From Macrostomum lignano (taxonomy: Eukaryota), in contig NIVC01001332.1 in NCBI GenBank assembly GCA_002269645.1, forward strand, positions 62,001 through 126,000: a DNA stretch of 64,000 nucleotides, written 5' to 3'. The position numbers and the translations under genes are program-made. Every line of letters starts with the position of its first letter. Position 1 is the stretch's first letter. Of the stretch, positions 60,881 through 64,000 are shown one piece after another. The notes under the pieces were generated by a model. The model did not search any database, was not told the origin of the DNA, and saw only the letters and a program-made list of their open reading frames with translations.

Positions 60881-61814
60881 GTGATTTGTCTTTTTGTTGA
60901 TTTTCTAATTGGTTGCCTAATGTCTGAGTTATTATTGTAATAAACGGATCTCCTGTTTACAGCTTAGTATTTCATCTTGAGAGTGCATTTATATGTATAA
61001 TATGTGTCAATCAGTTAAAAATATAGAATTTCAATTGAAAGTGAATTTGTTTTGCTCTGTAGAGTATTTTCAAATCCTAACTGTCCCAATTTGAACTCGT
61101 TGAGTTGTTATTTTATTTAGATGATCTAATTGAGCATTTATTAGTAAATTGCTTAGTAACTAAAATTTAGGTTGAAGATTTTGTACAGCATAAGTAAGTG
61201 GCCTGTTGAGCTTTTTTTGCTCATTTCTTGTGATTTAGTAGTAGGCTTGAGAACCTTTGAGTCCGTTTCAATGTTCGGCATGGAGACCAGCTATTGAGGG
61301 AACTCTTGAGTCGACAATTCGCTGTAGAAAATCTAATGAGGCGTGTGTCTGACATTCATTTGTACACGCTTGACCTCGCTTAAACTTTGGTGATTACACG
61401 TAGCATATAGGAGTTGAAGGCCGTTAAGTCCGCTATTACGAGCCTAACCTCTATAGAGATACTTATATATATGTAGTTAATTAATACTCCACTTAGAGCT
61501 CATTAGATGAGATAGGGCATTGCTAGCCAACCCGCTGTGAAAATCCCACCCCCTACTCAAAGGGATCCCGCCTCCTTGCCTCCTCTCATGATCAAAAGGG
61601 GATTAAAAGCCCATTAAATGTCCCGTCAGTTAATCTCATTTTCTTTCATAAATGCCAATTCTTGCAACTGGACTCTCTGAACAAGTTGCGACAATTTTCG
61701 AAGTTAACGTTGTAGACCAGAGGGCGACGCAGTAAGTCGAGAGGATATTTAACAGTAAAATGCTTTAATTAAGTCAAAAAACCAGCGCTGAGGTAATTCT
61801 GCTCATTCCACGGA

Positions 61815-62215
61815 CTCCTGTCCTGAGCATAATGGTCTATCGCGGCGCTCTGATATGCCAGCGGCCCAGGCTCGATTCCAAGTGCAGTCACATTAATTTG
61901 GGGCTGAATTGAAATCTCGGCTTGGCTCTGCTTGTGCAATTAGCGGCCAGCTTGAGGGCCAACCCCCAAGTCACAGTGAGTGTACATGCCCTAACGATAA
62001 ATAAAGTCATGGCTGCTGTACACTCCTGTGTGAGTGTGTGCCTGTGCGTATGACTGCGTACGTATCCGCGCGCTTGTGTGCCTGCTCAGGGGAGTCTGCG
62101 GAATGGGCAGTAATGCCTCTCGCCGGTTGTGTTACTTGTTATGTCGCTTATTAAAGTGCACCAGGGTGCACACACTAAGCATACACACGCTTACTTGGGT
62201 TGTACAGCGCCGCTG
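61815..62215 (+). mobile_element. Longest tRNA-derived SINE-like copy
   Basis: A-box-like tgagcataatgg (~61824) and B-box-like ggctcgattcc (~61869), followed by the shared body. No complete cloverleaf. Confidence 0.8.
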
Positions 62216-63134
62216 ACTTAATTCTAACCATAAGAGTTGATCTGGTGTTGGTCTGAGTTAAATTATGATACAAAATGCAAATTCATATACACAGATGTGA
62301 TCATAGAGAATAGAATACAGTGGCTCACATGGTAAACCCGCTAATCGGTCTTACAAGACATGCTGGGTGTGACTGGGGGTTTCATATTCAATTCAATAAT
62401 TCCTATCAGTAAATTGTTTATTATCTCACATTCTCGCTATTCTTATACATTGTGGCTGTGGGCTACTTTTAATATTGTCTCTCTGTACATTTGTATGCTG
62501 GTGAAAAATGTTTTATGACTTCAAACACGCGGCGCGCGTAATTATCTATATCATCATCCTTTGATGATGCCGCCGCGCGTTGCTTCAATATTGCAAGCTG
62601 TTGTTGTTTAATGAATCATTTTCAGTTCAGGAGTTACAGATAAATAATGTTCAATTATAATGCTAAATCACCTTCCTTGGGGCTTATTGTGAAATGTTGG
62701 TGTCATCGGAATTGCCATTGGACATGCATGTGATTCTTACATATACTCATCAACATCGAAAAGTCGCCATCACAGAATATTCCGCCTGTGATCGCCACTT
62801 TTGAGAGTGCAGGTAAAGTCTCTCTCAATCTTTGCGAGTGACGCAATTTAGCTACGCCACGGCAGACTTGAGTTGAGGAATGAAGTGGGGGAGCGGTGTG
62901 CGAGGGTTGGACGGATTAAAGATACCCCAATCAGTTTTCTCGTATCTTTTATTTCGGAATAATCTAAGAGAAATTGCTCACTGGCGCATAGAGTGGCGAC
63001 TTTTCCATGTTGCTGAGAATAACTATACGAATTTTGTACATTGCAAAGTTCAATGCCTGTGTCTAATATTACATGTAGGTAGATTATAATCTGCTGGGAC
63101 TCTGGGACCCTTGACAATCATTTTTGTCTGGTCT

Positions 63135-64000
63135 TTCATGGATTATCGCTAACCCTACCTGTGGTCCTTCAGGGATTATCGGTAACCCTACCTGTGGTCC
63201 TTCAGGGATTATCGCTAACCCTGCCTGTGGTCCTTCAGGGATTATCGCTAACCCTACCTGTGGTCCTTCAGGGATTATCGCTAACCCTACCTCTGGTCCT
63301 TCAGGGATTATCGCTAACCCTACCTGTACCTCTGGTCCTTCAGGGATTATCGCTAACCCTACATGTACCTCTGGTCCTTCAGGGATTATCGCTAACCCTG
63401 CCTGTGGTCCTTCAGGGATTATCGCTAACCCTGCCTGTGGTCCTTCAGGGATTATCGCTAACCCTGCCTGTGGTCCTTCAGGGATTATCGCTAACCCTAC
63501 ATGTGGTCCTTCAGAGATTATCGCTAACCCTACATGTACCTCTGGTCCTTCAGGGATTATCGCTAACCCTACCTGTACCTCTGGTCCTTCAGGGATTATC
63601 GCTAACCCTACATGTACCTCTGGTCCTTCAGGGATTATCGCTAACTCTACATGTACCTCTGGTACTTCAGGGATTATCGCTAACCCTACCTGTACCTCTG
63701 GTCCTTCAGGGATTATCGCTAACCCTACATGTACCTCTGGTCCTTCAGGGATTATCGCTAACCCTACATGTACCTCTGGTCCTTCAGGGATTATCGCTAA
63801 CTCTACATGTACCTCTGGTCCTTCAGGGATTATCGCTAACCCTACCGGTACCTCTGGTCCTTCAGGGATTATCGAACCCTACCATACTTCTGGTACTTCA
63901 GGGATTATCGCTAACCCTACACTACTTTTGGTCCGTCAGGGATTATCGCTAACCCTACACTACTTTTGGTCCGTCAGGGATTATCGCTAACCCTACCTCT
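63135..64000. repeat. 33/39-bp minisatellite (ggtccttcagggattatcgctaaccctacctgt)n, runs off the window end
   Basis: Direct periodicity; explains ORFs 63124 and 63161. Confidence 0.95.

Noticed and set aside
61820-61890. Functional tRNA gene
   Set aside because: Only A/B-box-like motifs without a full cloverleaf; it is the head of a dispersed SINE.
63124-63990. GPSGIIANPTC repeat ORF (288 aa) as a mucin-like gene
   Set aside because: 33/39-bp satellite with two open frames, non-ATG starts and no signal peptide; cannot be supported.

Overview
Eukaryotic (animal) genomic DNA with GT-AG introns, GC-rich exons and introns filled with 20-33 bp minisatellites. This resembles the flatworm Macrostomum, which is an inference and not a database result. 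The left 40 kb is an immune-like accessory array. It holds the last exon of a PARP-family ADP-ribosyltransferase (H-Y-E triad) and three two-exon TRPV-like 6TM channel genes on the minus strand. It also holds two giant plus-strand genes that the ORF track splits into pieces; I could rejoin each through in-frame GT-AG junctions into one protein: divergent alpha-solenoid + ankyrin repeats + Mab-21/cGAS-like nucleotidyltransferase (cGLR). Copy 2 adds a C-terminal membrane anchor and copy 1 has a premature stop. A TRPV<- ->ANK-cGLR head-to-head module occurs twice, each time with a transposon in the spacer: a TIR DNA element carrying a USP-type protease, and a Ty3/Gypsy element with LTRs and a 4-bp TSD. 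The right 24 kb holds a CpG-depleted block, three housekeeping genes (mRpL45, RpL6, FAM20B-like xylosylkinase), tRNA-derived SINE copies and many tandem repeats. All alignments, counts and translations outside the supplied ORF track were done by eye.
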